Shown here: piece by piece, positions 37,206 to 45,865 of the stretch | How the letters are laid out: every line of letters begins with the position of its first letter | Position numbering within the stretch: the first letter of the stretch is position 1 | NCBI GenBank assembly: GCA_963730375.1 | Contig: CAVSRJ010000004.1 | Span: 29,112-93,111, forward strand | Direction: 5' to 3' | Length of the DNA: 64,000 nt | DNA from: an uncultured Candidatus Saccharibacteria bacterium | GTDB taxonomy: Bacteria > Patescibacteriota > Saccharimonadia > Saccharimonadales > UBA4665 | Made by a program: the position numbers and the translations under genes | The notes under the pieces: generated by a model | What the model was told of the DNA's origin: nothing | The model's input: only the letters and a program-made list of their open reading frames with translations | Database searches by the model: none

Positions 37206-39361
37206 TACTGCACCCCTCCTTGTAGTTGATTAATTATCTTTGGCTTCGCTGGTAATATTCTGCCTAGCAGTCTTCGCAGAGCCGACTGCGGGGTTGATCC
37301 TAGTGGTACTGGCTGACGAAACTCTGCGGGCGTAGTCGGCTGCGCAGGTGCCTCAATCTCTTTAGTCCAATCCTGCAAGAAGGCAGTCCATAGGTGGTGG
37401 TTATTGAGCCATCGTTCGGCGAGTCGGCGCTTGAGGTCGGCGTCTACCTTTGCTGAATCGGTTTCGGCTCGGGTATGGGTGCTGTACTCGTCAAAAAACT
37501 GACGAGCTTCGTGTATTTCAAGTGATACATCAGCCAACTCGTCTCGTAATTCGTCGCGAATCGCCAGGCTGAGAACCATGGTTTTGCCCAGTTGGGCAAG
37601 CGTAGTCTTTGTCGTTTGTTCATCGTCTTCGAGCAGCGCCATGTCATGGGAGCGAGCCCGAAATCCGAGTGCGTGTAAGTCTTTACTGTCGAGCTGCTGG
37701 GGGATTGGGTCAAAATATGAACTGTCGCCCAATATACGGCCGACGTCGTCCCAGCTCTGTTCGTCGGCGGGCGGCGTTTTGGCTAGTTCGATGGCTTGAC
37801 GTTGTCGTTGCTCGGCGAGTGCAACCTTTGCTTGTGACGACATATTGGCAATGGCGGCTCGTAGCACCTGTAATCGCTCGTCTACGTCGGCTCGCTGATT
37901 GCGAATGTCCTCGTGCGTGTCGCCGACGAGTGCGGCCTGCTGATTGAGCTCAATAAATTCTGGTACCAACCTAGCCATCTGCCGCTCAAATATTCTGCCG
38001 ATGCTTTCCAAGCGCGCAACTTCCTGACACACTGTGTCGTACTCGGATACGGCGCTTGCGAGATTTTGCTTGGCTATCTCAGCCCCGTCTCGGAATTCAT
38101 CTCGTTCAATAGTTCGACCTTCTCTCAAAGCTTCGTATTGAGCGGTGTAGTCGTCCTCAAGACCAGAGTATTCAAACGGATACTTGCCATAAGTTTGCAT
38201 CTTGTGCTGTCGAGTCTCTCTGATTGCTGCTATGGACGATGTGAATGCCTGCATCAATTCTGGGTCTTGTTCGCTGAGGCCAGGTATGTAGGTGTAGACA
38301 GGTCCTTTAACGGAGTACATACGGTCTTCTCTTTCAGCTATCTTTTCTTTTGACAGAATATTGACCGAATCAAGCTCGGCAAATTGCAATGCGGCAAGGG
38401 CTTTTGTGTGTTCCTGTACTTCCCTGACCGCCTGTTCGGGCGCTTCGTCCTGTTGTCGGAGGGATACTAGATCGGAATGCACAAAGCTGGCGGTGCGCCG
38501 AAGGGTTGTAACCATTTCTAAATATCGCGGTACAAGCTGATCCTTGAACAGATCCAGCCGCAACTCACGATCGTTTTGGAAGCCTCGGTGCATCGCAATC
38601 ACCCTATCCTTCTCGGCAATTTTGGCTGCGAGCTGTGCTGCTCGCTGTGAAAGTTCACCATGTGTTGCGGTGAGCCGTTCATAGCTGGCGTGTAATGCGG
38701 CAAGCTGAAGCTCGGCCTCAGTTTCTGGTTCAGATGGAGCTTGCTCGGGATATTGTGAATGAGTCTGATTTTCCTCAGTACCGTCATCAGCTGCTTCATC
38801 CATGTCTGTACTAGGAAACTCAGCGCCACGTGGCGTCGGACCGCGCTCTTCATCGATGCTGCGTTGCAGCGAAAAGATCTGTCGTTGGCATGCGTTTGCT
38901 TTTGCCTCGACGCTGGCTCGGTCTATCTCAACTGGCTCGAGTCGTGCTTGCAGCTCGTTGCGTATATCGACCATAAGTTCAATATCATCAGCTACTCTGC
39001 CATAGTCTCGACGTACCTCGATTGCGGCCGCAACATTTCGATCAAAATGTATCAATAACGAGTGAGTCACTTCATCGAGCCCTCTGGCAAGGTTGTAGCG
39101 AGGTCCAAAACTCGCGACAACCTGGTCGTGGCGATTTTTTAGCTTGTTGAGCTCCAGGTTGTAGCGATCTAGCAGGTTGTCGGCGAACGCAGTAGCAGCT
39201 TTGAGCGTGTGCTCTGATGCATCCCGGAGGGTAGCCGGGTCTACCTCACTGATTGCACCCGACTCTGGCTGAACCCCAGTCTCGTATGGAGCAGTCGGTA
39301 GCGCTTTTGATGGTTCGGGGGCTAGTACGTCTACAGCGAGTTCCCGGTTGAGGAGTGTCAT
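37205..39361 (-). CDS. cytoplasmic coiled-coil-rich orphan protein (718 aa)
   Basis: No hydrophobic helix. It has long runs of charged heptad-like sequence (E/R/Q/L/A rich). The stop overlaps the next start as TAATG, and its own start overlaps the upstream stop as ATGA. Confidence 0.7.
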   Translation of the reverse strand: MTLLNRELAVDVLAPEPSKALPTAPYETGVQPESGAISEVDPATLRDASEHTLKAATAFADNLLDRYNLELNKLKNRHDQVVASFGPRYNLARGLDEVTHSLLIHFDRNVAAAIEVRRDYGRVADDIELMVDIRNELQARLEPVEIDRASVEAKANACQRQIFSLQRSIDEERGPTPRGAEFPSTDMDEAADDGTEENQTHSQYPEQAPSEPETEAELQLAALHASYERLTATHGELSQRAAQLAAKIAEKDRVIAMHRGFQNDRELRLDLFKDQLVPRYLEMVTTLRRTASFVHSDLVSLRQQDEAPEQAVREVQEHTKALAALQFAELDSVNILSKEKIAEREDRMYSVKGPVYTYIPGLSEQDPELMQAFTSSIAAIRETRQHKMQTYGKYPFEYSGLEDDYTAQYEALREGRTIERDEFRDGAEIAKQNLASAVSEYDTVCQEVARLESIGRIFERQMARLVPEFIELNQQAALVGDTHEDIRNQRADVDERLQVLRAAIANMSSQAKVALAEQRQRQAIELAKTPPADEQSWDDVGRILGDSSYFDPIPQQLDSKDLHALGFRARSHDMALLEDDEQTTKTTLAQLGKTMVLSLAIRDELRDELADVSLEIHEARQFFDEYSTHTRAETDSAKVDADLKRRLAERWLNNHHLWTAFLQDWTKEIEAPAQPTTPAEFRQPVPLGSTPQSALRRLLGRILPAKPKIINQLQGGVQ

Positions 39362-40896
39362 GACTTGCCTCCGGAATTGTCCTGATTTGCGATAGAAAAT
39401 TGTACGTCCGGGTTAATAAACGCAAAATCTTGGTTGCCAACATTGTCCTCGGTGACTCTGATGACACTCGCGAAGTATTCTCCCGGCATTGTAGGTGAGT
39501 TGTAGTGGTCGATAACTACGTTCGTACCGTCGGCGGCATTGACAGCTGCCTTTAGTTTTGCATCGACCGATGCGCACATGGCTTTTTGTATGGCAGCACT
39601 ATCCACTGGATCATTAGAGATGTATTGCAGGGTAGCTAGCTTGAGTAAATCGAGTGCAGTCTGGTTGCGACCTTTGCCGGCCGAGAAAGATTTGTTGTCC
39701 TTGCTGTACTTCCCATCTGGCGCAAAACGTTGCAGGATTCGCCTCGATTCATACTCGTTGAATAGCCACTGCTTGTCACTGTCCTTCGTTCCCGCGGGAT
39801 AGGTGGGTGGTTGTGGGCGAGCTATTTCGTAATCTTTTGTTAGTTGGGGGTTTTGTAGTGCGGGTATCTTAAGCTTGGAATCATCAACCACTAAGTGGTA
39901 CGGGCTTTTCTGTATGACAGCTTCTGACATTGTGGCACCGTCATTGAGGCAAACTCCAAAATCCATTTCCTGACCAGGTCCGCCGATTTGGGCAAGTGGA
40001 ATCCGGTTTTCGTATGGTGCGGTTTTTGGATCGATTTTTTCGCCATTTTCAGCCGCAGTAAATGCGTCGGTAGTCGGCAGCGGCCAGGCATAGACGGTCT
40101 CAGCATCATCGGTGAAAATTCCTCGAGTCTGGAGATCCTTGGGTATTCTGTATTTCGGATCTTTGTACGCTTGCTGTCTTGCCTTGGCTACAGCCGCCTG
40201 ATCGGCGCCGTCGATGACGGTGACTCGCGTTAGCATCTGCATCCTACTGATAATGTTGGCAGAAAATGCCGGATCCAGGCAATCAAGTGACGGCCAGGTA
40301 TAATGCTCGTCGGCCACTGGCTCGGCGCTGGTATCTGTAGTGCTCTTGCTACTGCTAATATCTGGCATAACATCTGCAGCCGCACCACCGCGGAATGTAA
40401 ATGTAGCTGCGGTCGCCACCAGCGCCAAAGAGCCAGCAGTGCGCCACTTGTGACGCCTGGTTAACGCGAACATTTTGCGGGCGGATTCGCCGGGTAGCAT
40501 GCTACCGACGCGTTGCATCAACAGACGAGTAGTACCGGGGCCTGTGTCGGCTTGCATATCTTGGTGGGGCTGTGACTGATACCCATGACGAGTCGGCGGC
40601 TGTTGGCTAAACGCAGGGGGGGATGTAGTGCGTACACTCGATGTGTCGTCGTGGCTCGGCTCCGATTGCCCAGCCGAATCTCGGGTCTTGTTATTGACCC
40701 AAGGTGGAACTGGAATATCTTCATCATTTCCCCACAGTGGTGCATTTGCCCAGTTGTCAGCTGGCGCTGAGCGTTGGCGTGGTGTCTCCCTTGTCGGCTC
40801 GACCGGTGGTGTACTACCGTGTACTTCAGTGTAGGCTCTTAAAAAGTCTTCCTCGCTGAAGCCCTGATGTGGCCGCTCGTGTTCGCGTTCGCCCAT
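39358..40896 (-). CDS. single-pass membrane orphan protein (512 aa)
   Basis: A ~145-aa disordered cytoplasmic N-region, a TM helix (WRTAGSLALVATAATFTF), and a ~340-aa extracytoplasmic domain. No family recognised. Confidence 0.7.
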   Translation of the reverse strand: MGEREHERPHQGFSEEDFLRAYTEVHGSTPPVEPTRETPRQRSAPADNWANAPLWGNDEDIPVPPWVNNKTRDSAGQSEPSHDDTSSVRTTSPPAFSQQPPTRHGYQSQPHQDMQADTGPGTTRLLMQRVGSMLPGESARKMFALTRRHKWRTAGSLALVATAATFTFRGGAAADVMPDISSSKSTTDTSAEPVADEHYTWPSLDCLDPAFSANIISRMQMLTRVTVIDGADQAAVAKARQQAYKDPKYRIPKDLQTRGIFTDDAETVYAWPLPTTDAFTAAENGEKIDPKTAPYENRIPLAQIGGPGQEMDFGVCLNDGATMSEAVIQKSPYHLVVDDSKLKIPALQNPQLTKDYEIARPQPPTYPAGTKDSDKQWLFNEYESRRILQRFAPDGKYSKDNKSFSAGKGRNQTALDLLKLATLQYISNDPVDSAAIQKAMCASVDAKLKAAVNAADGTNVVIDHYNSPTMPGEYFASVIRVTEDNVGNQDFAFINPDVQFSIANQDNSGGKS

Positions 40897-40899
40897 GGT

Positions 40900-41787
40900 T
40901 TACTTCTCCACCACCGATCCTAGAACGGGAATGTTACTGATAATTCCATCAACATGCCAGGTGGCGGCGAGGTCTGCGGCTGGCTGCTTGCTTCCGGTGA
41001 TGTCGGCAAAGTCCTGCATCGTCTTTTTGTATGCTGGCGTCAGTGCGACGCCGAGTATTGCGAGACTGGCGGCGGATTTACCGGCAAAGCGAACTAACCG
41101 TCGCTCGTGCCATTGCTTTCTCTGTCGATTGCCATCATGACCCTTGCCAGTATCCTCTCCTGCGTCAGCTGCTGCGCGAGCTTGTCCACGTTCAAACCCG
41201 GCCAGGGGACCCAGGGGAGATGGCTCTTGTGCTGGAGCTGCGGCCGGTGCTGGTTGGGTCGGCGCCTGTGCCCATTCAGGTTCGGGAGTCGGTTCGTCGC
41301 GCTCGGCTGGTGCTTGGTGGCGCACGTCGGGTTCAGGTCTACGCTCGATGACTCTATACTCTGGTATAAAAGGCAACTCTTGCATTTCCCGCGCCGCGAC
41401 TCTAGCTGCTGCACGGTCCACTAGAGGGTATGAACCTAGCACAATCTCTGGCGTTGTCCCGGTTATCTCAGCACGCCATCGAGTACCGTTTGAGCCATGG
41501 AGGTCTATTGTGGCAGATTCTAATTCTCTTCGTGGCGCGACCACGACTGCCTCAGTCTGGCCAGCCTGACTGTTGAATATATAACCCCTCTCCTCATCCC
41601 AACGGAAATTTTGCCTAATCCATGCTCTTGTTTGGGGGTTTGCGCCCCGAAGTTCCCTATCCCTTAGAATCTGTTCGGGGGTTAGGCCTTCTGATTCTTC
41701 TTGGAACGTCCCCCCATTGTCAATTGGCGGATCAAATGAATAGTTTGGATCTATATCCCATGGGTTTCTGAAGTCTCCTGATTCCAT
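40900..41787 (-). CDS. tail-anchored membrane orphan protein (295 aa)
   Basis: A ~240-aa cytoplasmic part with a Pro/Ala/Glu-rich linker and a C-terminal TM helix (SAASLAILGVALTPAY). Its stop is separated from the next ATG by 3 nt. Confidence 0.7.
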   Translation of the reverse strand: MESGDFRNPWDIDPNYSFDPPIDNGGTFQEESEGLTPEQILRDRELRGANPQTRAWIRQNFRWDEERGYIFNSQAGQTEAVVVAPRRELESATIDLHGSNGTRWRAEITGTTPEIVLGSYPLVDRAAARVAAREMQELPFIPEYRVIERRPEPDVRHQAPAERDEPTPEPEWAQAPTQPAPAAAPAQEPSPLGPLAGFERGQARAAADAGEDTGKGHDGNRQRKQWHERRLVRFAGKSAASLAILGVALTPAYKKTMQDFADITGSKQPAADLAATWHVDGIISNIPVLGSVVEK

Positions 41788-42965
41788 TATGATGCTCCTT
41801 CTGGAATTGGGTCGAAGACATACGTGCCATCGGTTGCCTTGTGTATGCTGGCGTAATTTTCTGGGACATAGTTTTCATCGACCGTGATGTTGACTTTTGT
41901 ATTCTTGGTATCGAGCTTGATACCGATACCCTCCTTGGCGAGGGCGTCGCCGCCGTAGTTCTTAAACATGTTGGTCTTGTCGAAGTCAGGGGCGCCACCT
42001 TCGACTTTGACGTGCACTGACTTCAGTGCTTCTACGCCGCCCTTTTTCAGGGCTTCGCCAGCGATGTAGTCGAGGAATTGTGGAAGTGTCTGCTTTTCCC
42101 AGGCGGCTTTGCTTCCCTCTTTGGCTGTTGCTTCGAGCACGGCGTTTTCGGCGATGACTTGCCCCATGGTCTCTGCCTTGGTCGTCATATCCGGGGTGAA
42201 CTTCTTGGCAATGTCGTCACATGGGACGCCAGCAAGCTTAAATGGCAAACACGCGATTCTAAACGCGGCAGAGGAGCCCTGGATACCTCCGTCGAGAGCT
42301 GCGGTAAGTGTTCCATCGAAACGGTTGGGGTTTTGTTGTGGCATGGTAGCAATGGTGCTCATGTTGGCTGTGTTTAGCGTCACGACAGATTCGCCAAACT
42401 TGGCATTCGGGTCAGTGGGGGCTTCGTGCTGGACACTGACTGGATCGCCCTTGCTGTCATCATTACAGGTCACTACAGCGACAACGGTTTTGCCGGCATT
42501 TGGATCCTTCTTCTTCGTGGCGTCATCCGGCTTGTTATAAAAGGAGAAGTCCGAATATAACCCGTCGGGCGAGAAGGTTTTTGACCCGACTTTGATTTCT
42601 GTTTTTACTCGTACTTTCGTGTCCTCTGATACGTGCCACATGTTGAGCGATGCACAGGTCAGCTCGAGTTTTTGGCCGAGGGCAAATTCTGCATTGATCT
42701 CTGAATTGCTGCCATCGACCGATTGTTCGGTGCCAATGTTTTGAAGGGCATAAGCTATGCCGCTTGCGTGTGCAAATGGTCCCGCGCCTATATAAGCGAC
42801 GCCACCTAGTGCAGCGGCAGCGAGTGTGCCAGCCACCCACCTATCGGCACGGCCGCGCTCATCGCGCTGCAAGGCCTCGTAACGTGCTGGTTCTACCGTT
42901 TCATTTTGAGCGATGTCTGTTTGAGGTGCCAGGCTGTTTGCCTGAGCTGTTTCGGCTGCTGCCAT
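41787..42965 (-). CDS. single-pass membrane orphan protein (392 aa), first gene of operon
   Basis: GGAGGA lies 8 nt upstream of the ATG. TM helix is WVAGTLAAAALGGVAYIGAGPF, followed by a ~320-aa extracytoplasmic domain with four Cys. TAATG overlap with the next gene. Confidence 0.7.
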   Translation of the reverse strand: MAAAETAQANSLAPQTDIAQNETVEPARYEALQRDERGRADRWVAGTLAAAALGGVAYIGAGPFAHASGIAYALQNIGTEQSVDGSNSEINAEFALGQKLELTCASLNMWHVSEDTKVRVKTEIKVGSKTFSPDGLYSDFSFYNKPDDATKKKDPNAGKTVVAVVTCNDDSKGDPVSVQHEAPTDPNAKFGESVVTLNTANMSTIATMPQQNPNRFDGTLTAALDGGIQGSSAAFRIACLPFKLAGVPCDDIAKKFTPDMTTKAETMGQVIAENAVLEATAKEGSKAAWEKQTLPQFLDYIAGEALKKGGVEALKSVHVKVEGGAPDFDKTNMFKNYGGDALAKEGIGIKLDTKNTKVNITVDENYVPENYASIHKATDGTYVFDPIPEGAS

Positions 42966-43070
42966 AATTCAATCCTCCGATTGTCATTTTCTGTTTCGTT
43001 CACCTGGAACGTAACCCTCATACGACAAATGCACACGTGGACACACGTCGACACATGATGCTCATGTCGT

Positions 43071-43162
43071 CTATGCAACCGCGTGTTGTGGAGTCACAGC
43101 ACTGTAGTTGCATAACCAGCGGGGCACAAGACCTACCCAATTGTGCGCACAGGTTATGCAAC
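43071..43162. promoter_or_regulatory. three copies of GTTGCATA in the upstream region of the 5-gene operon
   Basis: The copies are tatgcaacc (43071-43079), GTTGCATAACC (43107-43117) and GGTTATGCAAC (43152-43162). The latter two form an 11-bp perfect inverted repeat enclosing GCACAA...TTGTGC. GACCGTA-TAG-TACGGTC follows at 43171-43187. Confidence 0.35.
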
Positions 43163-43368
43163 TCTCTCGAGACCGTATAGTACGGTCGAGAAACTTAGCG
43201 CTCACTATGGCATATGGAATATGAAGTGTCAACGAATAGTTAACGATTTGACAAAATTACAACAAATATCATGAATTTCTAGGCTCCACACTTCGCTACA
43301 TTGAAGTGTGTGATGCCGGCGACGGGTGGTGGTGGGAAGTTCCCCCAGAACCCGTCGCCGGCCGCTCA

Positions 43369-44067
43369 TCACACCCCCGCGCGGGCGCTGCTCTGCTCCT
43401 CCTGCGGCGCCCATGGGTTGGTCTCGTCATCGCCGGGTGTCTGCTGGCTCGACCAGTTCGGACGCGTCGTGCTGACCCTGGGCTCGGGACCGCTCAGGAC
43501 CGTCTCCTCATGTGCACGACGGGGTACGGGGTCGAAGCGGTGGTCCGTGTCGGGAACCTCGTACGAGTCGGTGACGGACGGGTCGGTGATCTTGCCATCG
43601 ACGTACTCCTTCTTGGGTCGCCTGTTGTAGAGGCTCTTGCCCATGTTGAGGCGGTGAAGCCCGAAGACGATCAGGCCGACGAGGATCCAGGCCAGTACCC
43701 GCGCTCCGATGAGGAGGTACGAGTCGAGCAGACGCTGCTGGAACGCGTACCAGACGACGGGCATGGTGGCGGCGATGGCGACGACCAGGAGGTAGCCACC
43801 GATGGCGATCTTGCCGGTCTTGTTGCGGTCCCGGTCGAGCGACCAGTGCAACGCCTTCCAGCAGGCGTAGCCCAGGACGATCAGCATGGTGACCGTCAGG
43901 ACGGCGCTGGTCTGCTCACCGTGGTTGCTGACGAGCTCCGGCAGCAGCACGACGGTGAAGGTGGATCCCAGGATGCCCAGGGCGAAGCCCAGCCCGACAG
44001 CGACCTGACGGAAGGTGAGCTTCTTCCCGTGCGGGAGGAACTGGATGTTGGGTCGTGACGGTCGCAT
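43369..44067 (-). CDS. G+C-rich membrane protein (232 aa) with disordered C-terminal tail
   Basis: Start placed at MRPSRPNIQF behind GAAAGGA. Four hydrophobic helices. The antisense 250-aa ORF 43306-44058 is a shadow. Confidence 0.6.
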   Translation of the reverse strand: MRPSRPNIQFLPHGKKLTFRQVAVGLGFALGILGSTFTVVLLPELVSNHGEQTSAVLTVTMLIVLGYACWKALHWSLDRDRNKTGKIAIGGYLLVVAIAATMPVVWYAFQQRLLDSYLLIGARVLAWILVGLIVFGLHRLNMGKSLYNRRPKKEYVDGKITDPSVTDSYEVPDTDHRFDPVPRRAHEETVLSGPEPRVSTTRPNWSSQQTPGDDETNPWAPQEEQSSARAGV

Positions 44068-44351
44068 GGTGAGTCCTTTCGCTGCGACGTGGTGGTGCTG
44101 TTGATGAGCGATCATGCCCAGCGGGCCGATCAACTCAAACACCGGATGGTGGAGAATCGTGCCGGCGGCACAATGCATGTTGTTATAGCACAGCAGACCA
44201 GTGGGATAAAGGCGAACTGTCCTTGCCCGAAGTTGGCAACAATTTGATAAAACAACCATGCAAAATGTTGCTAATTATGCAAATAAGTTTAGAATAGGCT
44301 GCATTCCGTCCATGAGCAAAAAAGCTCTCGATCGAACGAGGTGGTTAATAG

Positions 44352-44885
44352 ATGACTGCAGCGACTTGGTCGTATCCGATGAACATCATCGGTCGCCCGG
44401 GCTTCTTCGGAACACTGCGTGCGTTGTGGGGGTCGTTCTCCTCCAAGCGCCGTGACGCAGCCAAGGTGGGAATTGGCTTCGTGGCCAGTCTCCTGCTCTG
44501 GCTCGATGACAGCACGGTCGTGCTGATCGCGGACAACTTCGCGATCTCAGGGCTGACCGTGGTGATCATCATCGGATTCACGCGGATCTTCCACCAGGCG
44601 ATGGTCAACCGCTACATGCACGCCCCCGAGGCGCGCAAGGTCGGCTGGCTGAAGTGCGCCTGGAGGTTCGTGACGAATCCTCGGGAACTGCTGTTCGGCA
44701 AGCTGTGGCAGCTGTTCGTAGCTGGCAGCCTGACCGTGTCAGCAGCGACCGACGCCATCCTGGTGGCTGACGATGCGGTGCTGAACTTCGTCGACAACGG
44801 CGCCGAGATCCCGGCAACCATGTCAGTACTGCTGTTCGGCTCTCTGCTGTTCGGCAAGCTGTCGAAGTACCGGTGGGAGGTGTAG
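44352..44885 (+). CDS. G+C-rich membrane protein (177 aa)
   Basis: ORF with about four hydrophobic helices, divergent from 43369-44067. An alternative start MNIIGRP lies at 44379. Confidence 0.55.
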   Translation: MTAATWSYPMNIIGRPGFFGTLRALWGSFSSKRRDAAKVGIGFVASLLLWLDDSTVVLIADNFAISGLTVVIIIGFTRIFHQAMVNRYMHAPEARKVGWLKCAWRFVTNPRELLFGKLWQLFVAGSLTVSAATDAILVADDAVLNFVDNGAEIPATMSVLLFGSLLFGKLSKYRWEV

Positions 44886-44908
44886 CCCATGCAAGACGGA
44901 CAGGCCCG

Positions 44909-44952
44909 AGGGGGTCCCGAGTAGTGCGCTGCGGCGTACGCAACGGGACCCC
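44909..44952. terminator. G+C-rich hairpin between convergent genes
   Basis: GGGGGTCCCG ... CGGGACCCCC forms a 10-bp stem 24 nt after the stop of 44352-44885. Confidence 0.5.
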
Positions 44953-45082
44953 CGAAGGGCCGGCCGCGAGGTAGCTAGATGATGTGAGGTATGCGTGTCG
45001 CATACATATAACTCTTCCCATCTACAAACATTACCCGCGGCTTTTTTCGTGCCAAAAATAATAATCGAAAGTGGTAGGTCGG

Positions 45083-45140
45083 GCTGCTCTGGCTGGGGTT
45101 CTCTCGATCGCGAGATCGGAGTCGCCCCAGCCAGAGCAGC
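45083..45140. terminator. 16-bp perfect G+C-rich hairpin between convergent genes
   Basis: GCTGCTCTGGCTGGGG ... CCCCAGCCAGAGCAGC with an inner CGATC-GCGA-GATCG stem-loop. It lies 31 nt beyond the stop of 45171-45635. Confidence 0.55.
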
Positions 45141-45170
45141 GAATGTACATTTTGGGTTGCCGTCGAGGGC

Positions 45171-45635
45171 TCAGCTGAAGATGCTGTTCACGTTCTCCAC
45201 GACCGACACGCCGAGCGAGCTACCTGCCAGCAGGGCTGCCATCAGGAAGATCACCACGAGGGCGATCTTGTCCGCGAACGACCGCTTCTTGTTGGGCGTG
45301 TCCGACTTGCGCTTACGCCCACGCAGGTAGAAGAAGCTGGCTCCGGCCATGATGACGACCACGATGGCCCAGTACACGCCGTTGCCGGCGATGTTCTGCT
45401 CGGCCGCGGCGCCGGTCAGCTTGTTCGGCACCCAGGATGCGATGTCCCGCACCAGTGCGGACCACGAGACCAGGATGCCCGCCAGGATGGCGGCGACGTA
45501 GTCGAGAAGGACCCGGTTGTGGTCGGAGAACATGTAGAAGAACAGCATGATCACCAGCAGGATGACAGCCGTCGAGGTCCGAAGCGGGCCCGTCTGGACG
45601 TCAACCGACAGCATGGAAGAAATGTACGTGTGCAT
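45171..45635 (-). CDS. G+C-rich membrane protein (154 aa)
   Basis: ORF with four hydrophobic helices and a basic loop (RGRKRKSDTPNKKR). Confidence 0.6.
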   Translation of the reverse strand: MHTYISSMLSVDVQTGPLRTSTAVILLVIMLFFYMFSDHNRVLLDYVAAILAGILVSWSALVRDIASWVPNKLTGAAAEQNIAGNGVYWAIVVVIMAGASFFYLRGRKRKSDTPNKKRSFADKIALVVIFLMAALLAGSSLGVSVVENVNSIFS

Positions 45636-45865
45636 GAGATCACCCCTCTCAATAGGTTACAGGGATCTAGCACTAGGCAATATAACCATAGAATGTATAC
45701 AAAATCAATTTAGTTATATGACCTGCTTATGAATACATTTGTAGTACAATTTTCCAATGCCGAAAACCAATTTTCGTATCTGTAAGGACGTGATATCAGG
45801 CAAATGAGATAGAATATACCGAGGTTATGGCAGTCTGTTGGAAAAGCACGCTCAGACCGTTCGTA

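Noticed and set aside
34164-42965. Calling the five-gene operon a type IV secretion or conjugation module
   Set aside because: Gram-positive conjugation systems also carry a membrane-anchored two-domain wall hydrolase. However, this window has no VirB4- or VirD4/FtsK-type ATPase, relaxase or VirB6-like polytopic protein, so the label cannot be supported from the sequence.
43306-44058. 250-aa plus-strand ORF in the second G+C-rich island
   Set aside because: It is antisense to the four-helix membrane protein at 43369-44067 and has a G/D/R/V-rich low-complexity product. The minus-strand frame has a proper SD and TM helices.
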